From the NCBI GenBank assembly GCA_009602725.1, contig WELB01000023.1, positions 933,308 to 974,897 on the forward strand: DNA of 41,590 nt, given 5' to 3'. This document shows, in pieces, positions 10,926 to 24,000 of the stretch (the first letter of the stretch is position 1; each line of letters begins with the position of its first letter). The position numbers and the translations under genes were made by a program. The notes under the pieces are model-generated. The model had not been told where the DNA came from and ran no database searches. It worked only from the letters and a program-made list of their open reading frames with translations. Source of the stretch: Spirogloea muscicola (Eukaryota).

Positions 10926-12798
10926 TTAGAAATGGCAAGCCACACACGCACAACCGAGCCAGCAACCCGGCGGTGTCAAAGAGCCCCTCTTTTTTTCCTT
11001 CCCCCAACTAATGAGTTTCACGCCCTTGCAGCAGCCTCTGGCTTTCTTTCTCTGGCTTGACGCAGCCGAGTCGCTCTTCCTCCCATCAGCTCATCTGGCA
11101 TCCTATTGCCCACACAATAAAGAGGCTGCCCTGAACATCATACATCAGCAGCATGTGAAGTGATGTTGTCCCCGCCATAAGCCTCGAGCCTCAGGCCTTT
11201 TCAGCATGCATGTGCACCAGAGAAGAGGGCAAAAGAAGACACGGGGGTCCAATAGTTTCAAGTCAATGAAGGAGGGGACGATCTCCGACCCCAGATGAGA
11301 TCCTCCACATTGTCCTAGGGGGCCACGTTAAGCACAGTAGATGTACTCCGCAATCTTGTATAAGGTTACAGTTGCAGCCCAATAGTCACGCAATGCTGCA
11401 TTCTAGAGGCAGTGCTTGCCTGACAATGGGAACACGGAAGCTGTGCGATCAGGAATGGCACAGTCCATTATTTGCTTATGGCAGCATATTGGAGTGCTGC
11501 TGCACAGACACGGGAGCACCTGACGCATGGACAGGTACATACAGCGGCGTCAACTGTGACTCAGCTCTGTAAGGGCGGGGCTTGCTTGCCAACGCAGCCT
11601 GAGTCAAGGTGCGAGCATGATTTGGCTTGACTGCATGGGCAAGTTTATCGTCCATCCAACCTGTTCCGGTCTTGCTGCTTAAAAACCACCGTCCAAAAGT
11701 GATGCTACATGAGACATGATACCCCCTCCGCACCTATCCTCACACCTTCTGCGCAACAATCTGTGACTTCATCCAAGTGTGATGGTGCGGAGCTGCCGCC
11801 CATTGCCACCATGACGAAAAGGGCACTACAATTGTGGTGCCGAGAAGCGTCCTGCTTAGGTCCCTCCTCGGCATCAGATGTTCATGGTGGGCAAGTGCTG
11901 CTCCACGTGGTTGAAGCCTTCCCAAGTCTTGGTCAGGCAATCCAAGGCAGAATCCTTAAACAACATTGACATCTCCCCCTCTCGGCCATCCGCTTCTCCT
12001 CCTTCCAAACCGCGCTCCTTATTCTCCCTTTTAAGAGCCCAAGTGGTGCACACCTGTGGTTGACACGGAGTACCCTGCAGGAGCAAGCCAAGAGAGTTCC
12101 ATCTCCTTCAGAGAACTGCTTGGGCTCTACCCAGCCAGCCATCACGTAGCCCTCATTTGACTACGTTGTAGCTTCTCTTACCACTGCACTCACAGGAAGC
12201 CTGCTCTGACTCAATTGTTTGCGCACATGCTCGCAAAGTTGAATCCACCACCTGCATACCTTCAGAATAAAGATGTTTTCACCTTCAGGTCAGAAGCAGG
12301 TCTTGCAATGTAAAGTCAGGCCCCCAAGTGATGCTTGCGCAGTGCACATTGCCAAGGTTTTTGCAGCTGCAACATTCTGAGACTTCAGTAGCTCGTGCAA
12401 CAGTGACGACAGGATACATGCAGAATGACAACCTGTCCGCCTACTGTGCTACCTTACGTCCGCAGCAATGCAACATAACTGGAAGCAGAAAGGTCACAAG
12501 ATGCACATCAAGGGCTTACCTTGAGATGGAAGTCGTATTTGTTCTCTGCTTTCTTTAGTCAGCCACAACATCGAGCAGCTCATCTGACAGTCTGCGCTTC
12601 CTTGTGGGCAATGAACGACATTTGTCGGCCTTGTGCAGCGCAGCTGGCCGATGTGAGCAAATCTTCTAGCTCAAACAGCCACGTGTTGTGCCAGGCAGTC
12701 GGCAAGACATTTCATCTGATTGCTTGGTCATTTGCTAGGGAGGGGCTGTGAAGTCATTCTGTGATGGCCCCCTGGGGGCGTCTGCGAACGCCGCTGAG

Positions 12799-15700
12799 CT
12801 AGCTACGGTCCCGCTGCGCCTCCGCTAGAGAATTGCCATCACCTCCCAATTCTGTATGCTCCTTGGCAGGGTCCAACCGCTGCATCCCAGACGGGCCACC
12901 TGCAGGTGGGCTGCCAGCACCTCCCAACAGATGCTCGCTTGGCTCCTGCTTCACAGGAGCTGACTCCACGACAGTGTCTTCAACCGGGCTCCGCTTGCGG
13001 TCAGAGTTGGCGCTCCAAACACCATTGGGCAAGTGCTCGTGCTCGCCGTCCTTCTGCACAGGCTCGGCAGCGGCGCTGGTCTTGCCCTTCGCCGACTGAT
13101 GCTGCTGCAGCAGCGTCACCAGGAGAGCGCGGTGGCTGGAGGACCAGATGCTCAGCATGGCCGCTGGGACCTGGTCAAAGGAGGGCGGGAGACCCAGGAC
13201 AAGCTCAAGGAGCTGCGGAGCTGGCGCGCGGCACCGCAGCAGGGACATGAAGCCGACAACCGCCTCACTGTCGACCTGGGGGCGTATGGCGGCGATGACT
13301 GTGGTGAGCAGCCTCAGCAGTGCAGGCAGGGGCCATCGCTGCACCTCCGCTGCAAGCAGCTGCCAGAACCACTGCTGCTCCAGCGACTCCCAAGCAAGCG
13401 AGCCCTTCACCAGGCGCGCCATATCCACGTCCTTACTGCCGCTTCCCACAATGGCGACATCGCCAACATCGACTCGGCACAGCAGGCGGCAGAGCTCGAG
13501 CGGGTCAAGCGCCGACAGAAGGAGGTGCACGACCTCCTCATTGCACATCGTGAGGTGTGGCAAGTACTTGAAAACTGCCGGCAGCACCTGCAGCAGCCGA
13601 TATGTGTTCCACAGCAGGCACGTTCCCAGGTCCGTGAGCAGGAGCTGCTGCAAAGACGGCAGCTCTGGTACACCTGCTGCCTTGCTGTCGCCAGCACTGC
13701 TGCCGGCTGCAGCTTCGCTTTTGCTCTCGCCCTCCCTTACTGCTGCTGCGCTGGTTGCAGCGGCTGTGGCGCCTTTCCTCTTTCCTACGTCCCGAAGGAA
13801 TTCCTCGTAAGCCCAGAAGGCATCGGCCACTGCCGCCCGGCCTCGCCTGTGCATGTCTGACAACGCGCCACCATCTCTGACCTCCTCCAGAAGCTCCTCT
13901 GCCAGCCGAGGCTGCTTTTCTTCGCCTCTTGGGCTGGAGCTTGACGTGCCAGCTGTGCTCCCGCTGGCCAACCTCTCTGCAGTAGTTGCGGCTGCACGGT
14001 CTACTTCGCTTTCTGTCTTAACCGGAGGGGATGGGGAAGCCTGTGCAACAGCTGGCAGCCCCGCTGGCTCGTCCTGCACAGCGCCCTTGCCGGGCTGCTC
14101 CAACTGTTCAGCACTGTCCGGCACCTCGACTCTTGTCACAAGCTCCCTCTTCGAGGTCTGCTCCAGCTCCTCAGCGACTCTTGCGACATAACAAAGAAGC
14201 CGCGTGCTGACAGCAATGCCCTGCAGCAGATTGTTGCAGTCACAAGCAGCTGAGGAGGGCCCCTTAAACCCTTGCAGAACTTTGTGCAGATTGCACTATC
14301 ACATACTCTGGCAAATGGAAAGCAGTCTGAAGCCTAGGTCCTGCAGCTACAATCCCAAACATTTCATTGCAATGGCTCCTCAGTGCTCCAGAGTCAGACT
14401 ACCTGCTGCTGCCAGGTGGCAAGCAACTGCCGCAGCTGCGAATTCCTTGTTGCCACGAAGAGCCGGAAGAGGGTGGAGGTTACAGACATTATCTCGTCGC
14501 CATCGGGCATTTCCGTTGGCAGAGAGCGCAGTGGTGCACAGACCTGCACGCCCAATACAGCAAAGAAACTTGGCCAAGACGCAGGTACTCAAGCAGCACA
14601 AACCTTGGCCAAAATGGTACTCAAGTGAAACACAGTGAACAGAATCAAGGTAACCCCTACTGCAAGACTTATTGAGAGGCGAGGGTAGGACTTGACCTCA
14701 GCCACTTCAGCAGAGAACCTATCTGCAAGCAGAAGGCGCTGATTACCTGATAGCCAGCTTTCGAGAACACCTCCTCCATTTGCTTCGCTACATCAGGGGC
14801 GTACAGCGGGGACGATTCCGGCACGTGGTACTTCCTGCCATTCGAGCGCGTGTCCTCGTGGCCAACTGCCATCCTGGGCTGCTGGCGGTCTACGCCAGCA
14901 AGCCTGGGGGCGGCCACCACCAGCTCCAGCAGCTGCACCAGGGCATCAATGACCCCCTGCTGCGACCCGGCCATGGCTTTGGCCAGCCGGTCCAGTCTCT
15001 CGTGCAGGTCAGCGGCCTCATTGTCAGTGCTCAACTGCCGTTTCCGCTTGAGGCTCCCTGCCAATGAGACAGACGGAGCTTCTGGTACCGCGGCGGCCTT
15101 CTCAAGAGGTCCGTTGGTGTCCATGTTGCCCTCTGTTGGAGTACTTTGAGGTCCTGCATTTCTTGGCGACTTTACATGCTCCCCAGGCGTGGACGTGCTC
15201 GCATCCACCAGCAGCCTCGCGACACCTGTGTCCGGAGGCCTGCTTTCACCCTGCGCCAGTGTTGGCAGCGGAGCTGCAGGGCGCGGGCCAAGCTCGGGCC
15301 GGCAATGGGCCGGGAACGCCGCCTGAAGCTTTTCTCGCAGCTCGGGGTGCACCAGTGGGTTGGCGTATAGCGGCTCCAGTGACCGCACGACGCCCTTGCT
15401 GATGAGGATGTCGATTGACGAGGCCACGCCGCGCTCGATGAGCTCACGCCGTGGTGGATCGAAGTGCTCAACGAGCAGGAACAGGAACTGCAAGGGGCTC
15501 ACTCAGTCGGCTCCAATCAGTGTGCAGGTCACCAATCCTTCTTGTGGCAGAGGGAGGCGCTCATCCTACACATGCTGACTCTGGTGACAGGGAGCGCGCC
15601 TGAGCTCAAACCTCAAGAAGGGTGTGCGTGAGGTCCACGTATTTCGGGATTGAGTACACCATGAGGAGGATGGCTGGCTCAATATTCATGATGTTGTCGG

Positions 15701-17430
15701 ACGCGCCGAAGAAGAGCCAGTCAAAGAAGAGCGCCAGCTTGGCATTGGCCTCAACGTGTCCCGACTTGACGCACTTGAGGAGCCAGCCAACGATGGCCCA
15801 TCGCGGCACGATGTCCGACTGCAAGATAGCATTGGGCGGGTGGTGCGCACAGCAGATGTAGCGGATGAGATCGCTGACCAGCGACTCGCTCTCTGGCGTC
15901 GACAGGAAGCGCTGTGCGAACCACGTCTGGTAGCGCCGCTGGTTGCCCATGCGCACGTGCGTGAGCATGAAGATGAGCTGCGTCTCAGCATCTGGTGTGA
16001 CGCGCGACACGACGTAGCGCACGGGCGTGCGCGTAGCGTAGAGCTGCTCGAGGCCTGAGAGGGAGGGCGCTGTCGCCTGAAACGTTGCTGCGTTGCATAA
16101 CAGGTCGCGCCAGATGGGCTCGAACTCTGGCAGGCCAGCAACGTCCTGCAGCAGCCGAATGAGGTCGCGGCCAATCGCAAGGCAGTCCTGAAAGTGCTCG
16201 CGCAAGAGATGGCAGCAGAAGGCGGCCTCGCTCTGCCGCAGCCGCTGCTCGTGCTTGGCTGCCGCGTGGTCCGGCAGGAGCCGCAGGTACGCGAACAGCG
16301 CAGTGGTCGCAAGAGCTGGGAGGTCCAAGAGCCAAGCAAGGTTCGACTGAAATACTTCCAGCAGTTGTGATGCGAGCCAGACATTGGCTGCACTGAGGTC
16401 ACCGCCAGCCACCTGACGGAGCATGGCAAGCGCCAAGGCCTCGGCGTCGGCCACGGCGAGGCCGACGAGCTGCAACCACAAGTTGCAATCAGCACATGGT
16501 CCCTCGCTGACAGAGGATGTTGTCACTGAGGTCAATGCACTCCTTGACGAATTCAAGTAGTAGGACTATCCCTAGCTGGCCAAGATCATCTAGCTTCTGT
16601 GGTCCTTCCCCTGCAAGCACTGCACTTGCTCAGGCTGGGACGGTCAGCGAAAGCATGGTCCTGCGTACCTGGCGGAACACCCACACAGCTTGCACACGTG
16701 CAGCCTCCAGCAGCTTTGGCCACTTCTGCACGACCAAGTCCTGCGATAGGGCAACAGAAATGCCAATGAGAGGCAAGGCCAAGGACCTATCAGCAGCAGT
16801 TGTGGTCATGTGTCGTGGCTGGCCATTAACCTGGCAAACAAATGCGCATGCATGCAGGTCCAGTACATAAACTTCTCCTCTGCATCCGAATGCACAGTTA
16901 CTCTGCGGCGACGGAACGAGAGAGGTCCGGCCAGCACAGCAGTGACTGGTGCAGCCCGGAGCAACCCCTGAGCTGTCCAGCACTGTGAGCACTGCGACAG
17001 CGAGCGCAGCGGCAGGCCATGACATTGCAGGGAGCGCTTCAGCGGACCTTGAGCGCAGCGGCGGCGGCGGCGTAGCCGTCGCGCGTCACCGAGGTGAGGT
17101 ACCCGAAGAGGCGGGGCGCCGCGGCGGCGTCGGCGAGCGCGCCGTACAGCAGGCCCTGGGCGACGTGGCCGTGCGCGGCGGCGGAGCCGGAGACGCGCTC
17201 CTGGAGGGCGGCGTGGATGGCACCCTCGGACGCGCCCGGATCGCCGAGCACGTCCTGCAGGCGCAGCCACTGCGCCTGCAGCGCGCGCTCGAGCTCATCC
17301 GGCGGCTCGAATGGGCCCCGTGCAAGCAAGACACCGGCGCCAGGGCCCGCGCCGACGCTGCCGCCGCCGTTGCCGCCGCCGCCGCCGCCGCTGCTGCGTC
17401 GGTGCAATGCGGCGGCGGCAGCGGTGGCGC
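12799..17430 (-). CDS. INTS3: Integrator complex subunit 3 (SOSS-A), six exons; start codon unresolved
   Basis: DELERALQ..GLLYGALAD..LTSVTRDGY|DLVVQKWPKLLEAARVQAVW|..MLRQVAGGDLS..DCLAIGRDLIRLLQDVAGLPEFEPIWRDLL..RMGNQRRYQTWFAQRFLSTPESESLVSDLIRYICCAHHPPNAILQSDIVPRWAIVGWLL..ANAKLALFFDWLFF..NIMNIEPAILLM|FLFLLVEHFDP..; the C-terminal exon contains SLAWESLEQQWFWQLLAAE; stop at 12799. Confidence 0.93.
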
Positions 17431-17454
17431 TGGGGCAGCTTTGGCAAGAGTGAG

Positions 17455-17615
17455 ATAGAGAAGTGCGCGCCCGTAGAGAAGAGGGGCTGGCAAAGCGAGC
17501 CCAAAAAAGAATGGACAATGTCCAAAGCCAAAGAAAGAGGAGCCGGAAAAAGGACTACACTACAAAACACTGCAGAACACACAGACGATGCAGAGGGAAG
17601 CTCAGTACCCACGAG
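17455..17615 (-). mobile_element. Family A 3' end (stop codon, UTR and tail), left arm of the inverted repeat
   Basis: The reverse complement begins ctcgtgggtactga (RGY*) and runs to gggctcgctttgccagcccctcttctctacgggcgcgcacttc. Confidence 0.8.
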
Positions 17616-17669
17616 AGACATCTAATGAGCTGGGCCGTGCTCCCAATGGGCCGCTTGAGTCGCTGTGTG

Positions 17670-17931
17670 CTTTTAGCTCGATCCGGCTCCTTCGTCTGGC
17701 CGTATCGCTTCAACGCTCCCTTGCCCAAGCCGTCCACACGCGAGCAGGCCGCGCTATGGCCGCCGCCTCTGGGTCTCGGCGGAGTGCCTCTTTCCCTGCA
17801 GCGAGCTCCTCAGACCTGATGGTGCTCACTCGTGGGTACTGAGCTTCCCTCTGCATCGTCTATGTGTTCTGCAGAGTTTTGTAATGTAGTCCTTTTTCCG
17901 ACTCCTCTTTCTTTGGCTTTGGACATTGTCC
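17670..17931 (+). mobile_element. Family A 5'-truncated copy containing the right arm of the inverted repeat; ends at a single N (17932)
   Basis: RLAVSLQRSLAQAVHTRAGRAMAAASGSRRSASFPAASSSDLMVLTRGY* (stop 17842) followed by UTR. Confidence 0.85.
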
Positions 17932-18020
17932 NCGGCGGCGGCGGCGGAGCCGTGTGGCGTAGCTCGCCCCGCCGCACGGCGCGCTAGCTGCCAGCCGAGG
18001 GCCGCAGTGCCCTCCCCGCG

Positions 18021-21000
18021 ATGCGGCGCTCATTCGCAGGTGATCGGCGGCGGCGATGGCCATTGGCAGTCACTGACGCTTCTCCTCTCGTTGGCCTCCG
18101 CTTTCCTGGCTGTCCAAGCGCTAGTTGAGCTCATCTTCTGGCCGCGTAGCTCCTCGAGGAGCAGCAGCTGCAGGTTCGGGCCGGCCTGCCTGCTGGCGGC
18201 GCTCGTCGGCGCGGCCTGACTCGCCGCAGGTCCTTGCCCGTTCCTTGAGCAGACCGGACTGTGCCTACGCGCCGGGCGGGACTCCAGGAGAGGCGTCGGC
18301 CAGGCACCGGCGAGACGGCCAGGCGCAACTAGCGCGCAGCAAGAGCAGGCCGGGCAGGACGGGCGAGAGATCGAGCCACGCCGGAGCAGCTCCTCGGCGC
18401 CGCCGCTGCCGCGCGTTCCTGACGAGGCAGCCGGCGCGATCGGGTCGTCGACCTCGTCGGCGGCCCCGTCGTCGTCGTCGTCGTCGTCCTCCTGGGAGGG
18501 GCATCAAGGGTCAGACGCTGACCGTCGCGACGGGGGCCTTGCTGTTTGGAACTCGGTTTTCGAGAGTAGCAGCAGTGGTCCGCCCGCTGAGTCATCCCCC
18601 AGCCCCGGCGAGGCTGGCCTGCGGGTGCCGGGGCGCCGGGACACCTCCGAGAAGTACATTATGCACGTCGAGGGTGGTGGACAGGTGAGCCCCTTAGCTG
18701 CCTGACGAACTCATAGCACCGGTGCAGTTTGCTGCTTTTCATCCTAAATCATATGACCAGCAGTGAGCTTGTTTAACGTATTGACTCTAAAGGGACGATG
18801 AGTATCTGGTAATCCTCAAGCAGTCTGCAGGTGTTATCGCAGCATGGCACGATGTATTGTTGAGCTGCTGAAGTGATGCGAGCAGGTAGCAGCGTGGGTG
18901 GCGGAGTTGCCAGGAAAATTTGTCGTGGACTTGGAGGCATGTACGACAAAAGTGAAGCTCCATAAAGATAGACCTCTGTACTTGCATTGGGTGAGCAGGC
19001 AATGGCCTCATTACTTTGGTAGCTTCTGTTGCTCACTGCTGCCAATTGCTCTCAGCAACCATTGGTCAGGTGACAGAGGGCACACTGTTTTGAGATCGAG
19101 CATCTGTTCTCCACTCAAGATGCACCTGGATCTACCAACAACCATAGCCATCTTGAATCATATCATAGGTGCACCTTGGCAGGGGCTCTTTCGGTCTGAC
19201 AGGGAAGGATGGGTGATGCTAGAGGCCAGCCAAGCCCCTCCCGGTACTCGATTTCTGGAAGATGAGTGAGGACGCGAGGCCTCAGTGACAAAACCACAGA
19301 GTTGCGATTTTATAGCACTGCAGTAGCTCATAGTACACGTATGAGCTGTACTGTACCCCGTCATAGTCCTGGTGCAGGAGTTCACTGTGTACCTGTCTGA
19401 CTGCCCAATGCAGTGTAGAGGCCATGAGAAGCCCTTGGGTTGAGGAGGCCGATGGTGTTCGCACCCTCCAAATCACTCTTGATGCTGGCATGCAGCCTCT
19501 TGGACTAAGCTTTGTACTCTACCAGCCTGCCGAGGACGACGGAGAGAAGGAGATCTGGTTAAGGTTTGCACCTGGCATGCGTCCTACCTCTTCAGGAAGT
19601 TGCATTTGAATGGCTGCACAGGCTTTTGGAAATTTGCTGGATAATCTGGTTCATTTGCTACCACATTACTCAGCTAGATACCTTGCTGGGACTCACCGTT
19701 TGTGTCAGTTCATTCTGGCCAGGTCCACGCGGCAGTCCAACTTTTGTCTGCCAATTGGCATGAAGAAGGGCAGGCCAGAGCCACTTGGATGCACCTGGTT
19801 GGCAGATGGCTCTGTCAATTTCGCCCTGTACTCTCGCAATGCAGATGGTGTCATCCTCTGCTTGTATACTGACGACGCTGCAGAACCCTCTGTAAGATCA
19901 TATATATCATTGTTAACGACATCTTCCTGTTTGGCGATTGCAGTTCTAGTCACCCTGTTGCTGTGACTGTCCTGAGACAGTTGTGCTACCTGCCATCGTG
20001 CATCTTATTTCTGGTAATGGGTCTCTCTGATTAGCAAAGGTGTTGACAAGAGAAGCATCTGGCAGATGGAGATAGACTTGGAGCCTGCAGCACATCGCAC
20101 TGCAGACGTGTGGCACATTCAGCTCCGGGACGTGTCTTCCTATGCGCGATATGGTTATCGAGTGAAGGTCCGTTGCTTCAATGCTGGCTGGTGGAATCTT
20201 TGAAATACGCACTGTTGCTGTCACAGATGCTCTAGAAGCATGCTCCCCTTGTAGCAGTACAAAGCCATAAGCAGGATGTTCATTTGCAGGGCGAGATAAG
20301 CTGGGAGCATGGGAGCCGCTTCCACTCCCGCCACGTTCTTCTTGACCCTTATGCTCATACAATTGCAAATCATGTACCAGGCCAAGGTAAGACATGAAGG
20401 ATCCTTCATGCTATAACCTGGTAAGGATGGCTCCTCATTCTCCTAGCTGTATATTTGTCCGTTGTGGAGGTCCAACTATGACACTGGCACAAGCCCTATG
20501 CATGGTGAGAGACTGATTTCATGATATCTGCAACTTCTCCAACTTTTGCAGAGGAGTTGCCGTCACCAGCTGCTGCCCTGGGTCTCCTCTGCGAGCCAGA
20601 CATGAGCTTTGATTGGGAGGATGACTATCCCCCTAGGTGCATTTGGGCCTGTGCCAGCAAATACTGAGAAGCAATTACGTCATCTCAGCAAGGAGTTGCA
20701 CAGCCTAGCTTGATGCCAGTCTTGGGCACTGTTCATATGTTCCTGGATTACCTTACTGATCTCTTGTGGGTGCTGGATGCAGGTTACCAATGCAGAAGCT
20801 CTCTGTCTATGACATGAATGTGCGTGGCTTCACAATAGACGAGTCGAGTCGGGTTGATGAGGAGCTTCGAGGAACCTTCGCAGGAGTCATGGAGAAGATT
20901 GAACATCTTCTGAATCTAGGTAGCGGTGATGTTGTCAGGTCCAAGCTAGTGTGCAGCCATCATGTATTCCTTCTTTTATAGAGCAGTCGAGAGTAAGAAG

Positions 21001-24000
21001 GTTGCAAATGCATCCTGTTTCCATGTGAAGATTCTTCTCTTATAGCCTACGTGCATGTGCTTGACCACTACTTTGTCCTCTTATGTAATTCCATCTGCAA
21101 GCTTGCAGGTGTCAATGCAGTCCTTCTGCAGCCCATAGCAGCTTTTGATGAAAACCAAGGTTTCAATTTTCCCATAAGGTGTGTGCTGCCTTGTAGAGTG
21201 CAGTGCCAATGACTACTACGCAACTTCTAATTTCACCTGGCGTGCAATAAGTATTCTTGTCTGGCAGCTACACACTTCTTGCAGTCACTGATGTTGTGAG
21301 GCCTGTTTGACTTGCAGCTTCTTCGCTCCAGATCCGAGTTTTGGTCCTCAAGGAAGTGGCTTGGCTGCAAGTTTCTGGCTAAAAGCCATGGTTAAAGAGC
21401 TACACAAGCATGGCATCGAGGTACTGTTTATCAATTGCAAATTAACAATTGCAAGTGGTTTGTCTGGATGACACCAAGGGTTATCAGATGTCATGCCAAT
21501 ACTGCTGAACAGTTGTCAACTTGTGTATGACTTTGAGCAGCTCCTTACTATTCTCAAAGGTCTGCAGGGTGATATGTGTCAAGGTGAGGCCCCTTCAGGC
21601 CATGCCTTGCCTGATAGCCGTCTGCCCACCGTGCTCATTTCCTGCAGGTCTTCATGAACGTTCTCTACAGCCATACAGCAGAGCGTAGTGACGAGAACCC
21701 ACTAACAGTCTCATTCCGTGGCATTGACAGTTCTGTATACTACATAATTGACCAGCATGGAGGGTACGTTCACTGCTGTGCAGTGTGCATTTCTTGTAGA
21801 GACTAGCGCACATTCAGTCGCTTGATGCAGCTAGAAAATGCATGCCATGCCCTTGCACCTGGACAAGGCATCTGCTTAATCACATTGTTCATCGCCAAGT
21901 TGTTACTAATGTGTGCAGCATGTGGAGCACTGTACAACCTGCCTTCCAACTTTGCATTGAGGCATTTATTGTTCATCCTGCAGGCTCGCAGTTCCAGAAT
22001 ATGGTGCTGGATGCGAATTCAACTGCAATCACCCAGCTGTGCAAAAAATGGTCACATTCCCTGCCCACTTGACAGACCTGAAGGAGGATGTTGTGCAAGA
22101 TGTTGTGCAATGTTGAGGAAGAACATCATGAGCAAGGCCAAAGTCTGCATACACACTAGGCAGCCAGGTCATTGTCGACAATGGAGACTTGTGGCTTGTG
22201 CCACTGTCTAAACCACTGTTCACGTTTTGACTTGCTAGGCCCTTGCTCGTGTGTTTCTGCAGATTGTAGATAGCCTCAGACACTGGGTGGAGGAGTACCA
22301 CATTGACGGGTTCTCATTTCCAAATGCGGTGGCACTGACCACTGGCCCTCACGGGCAGGAGGTCAGCAGGCCCTTGCTGGTCGAAGCTCTGTCCTTTGAT
22401 CCAGTCCTCGCAGACGTGAAGCTCATAGCCGACCCCTCCTCCCCACCAACAGGGCAGGTGAAGGTATGCTCTTTCACAGACCTCTCTTCCTTATGACGAA
22501 TCTACACAGTGAAGATGATGAACATTGCCCGATGATGAACATTGCCCGCTTGCGTGCTTTGGTCGTTTACTCGTGCAATACTATCTTGCTATGTGAGGCG
22601 AATCAGATATAGCTAACGGTGCATTGTAAAGCTTGTCTGGCAGGACATGACATTTCCCCACTGGGGGAGGTGGTCGGAGTGGAACTTTAATTTCAAAAAC
22701 GATGTCAGGCGCTGGATGCGAGGCGAATTTGGTCAGCTTAGCAGGCTGGCCACCAGGCTAGTTGGCAGGTATACTTTGAGGACCATCTGCTTAATCATGC
22801 AGTCTTCTGGTCGTTGGCAGGTCTGATGCAGTTCCGTTGCGTACGTCGAGTGTGTCAGAGATCTGGGTTGTGTATGCAGCTTGGAGGACTGTCAATTCTA
22901 GACTTTCAACAGGCACATGACGGGTTTACCGTGGTCCTTGGAGCCAAAGATGGCATTGATGCCTCTGTTAACATCCTCCCGTTTTGATGTCAGTGTCGAT
23001 GTTCTGGCCAACGGGAGAGGCCCGCAACACGCCTTCAACCGCATCACCGCCTCGTATGGCTTCTCGCTGGCTGACCTCGTCAGCTTCAGGTCAGTGATGG
23101 ACGTTGGTTGCTCATCTCAATGGCTGCCCAGCATTCATTTAGGGTGTTCCTGTCAGCATACCTAAGGCCTGTGTTCAGGACCGTATACAATGACTTAGCC
23201 GGCATCCATCTAAGATCTCGCTAGTGCCAAGGGCTTCATGCTGGACCTAAGCAACCCACCACAGATTGTCATTGAACTACACTGTCTTGTCTGGGTGCGC
23301 AGCTCGGAGTCAGAGATCAGGTGATTTGTCTGGTTGTCTGGCTGAGTGAGGCCCTTCTCCTGTCATGTAATATCAGTGTAGCATCTATCTATCTATGTGC
23401 AAGTGTTGCTTGATTGTGACCTCCATCTCAAACTCCATGCCTAAGATTGACTCAATCAAGCACTGGCGGCGTTCTCGAGAACTGTGGACGTGCCCACTTG
23501 CTCAACATATTCTCTGATCCTTCTGTCAGCTGGAATTCGGGCGAGGAGGGGCCCAGCGACAACTTCATGGTCATGGAGACACGCGTCAGGCAGGTGGGGA
23601 GGCCTGCACACGTGAAGGCAATGTTTAGCTGCATACCTCCCTTCTTGGATTGTCCATGACAGCCGTGCCTTTGACGCCAAAGTCCTGTAGCAGTTGCGTC
23701 CCGTCTTGAGAAACGACAGGGCCTGCTTTGCGCAGGTCAAGAATTTTCTGTTCTGCCTCCTTATGGCGCAAGGTGTCCCAGTTGTGTCTATGGGCGATGA
23801 GTACGGGCACACCAAGGGTGGGAGCATACTCCCCGAGGATACGTGAGTGCAATCGCTCTCCCTTTGCCCTGCATGCTGCTTGCTTGCCAGACTGTCGGTG
23901 CACTATTGCTTGGAGGTGTCAGATCCACCCTGGACTTTAGAGCAGCGGAGCAGCAGTTGTTCAGTATCACATGTCGAAGTGGTTGACGCTGACTGTCTTT

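Noticed and set aside
13033..16495. Long antisense and alternative-frame ORFs over INTS3 and other genes
   Set aside because: Expected shadows of GC-rich coding sequence, with no recognisable domains.
18131..18328. Minus-strand ORF starting MRLAVS, like family A
   Set aside because: Similarity stops after six residues (non-ATG start), and it is antisense to an ISA2 exon/intron.
22514..22547. 17-bp tandem duplication in an ISA2 intron (similar small duplications at 27081-27190 and 36866-36912)
   Set aside because: Ordinary local intronic duplications with no wider pattern.
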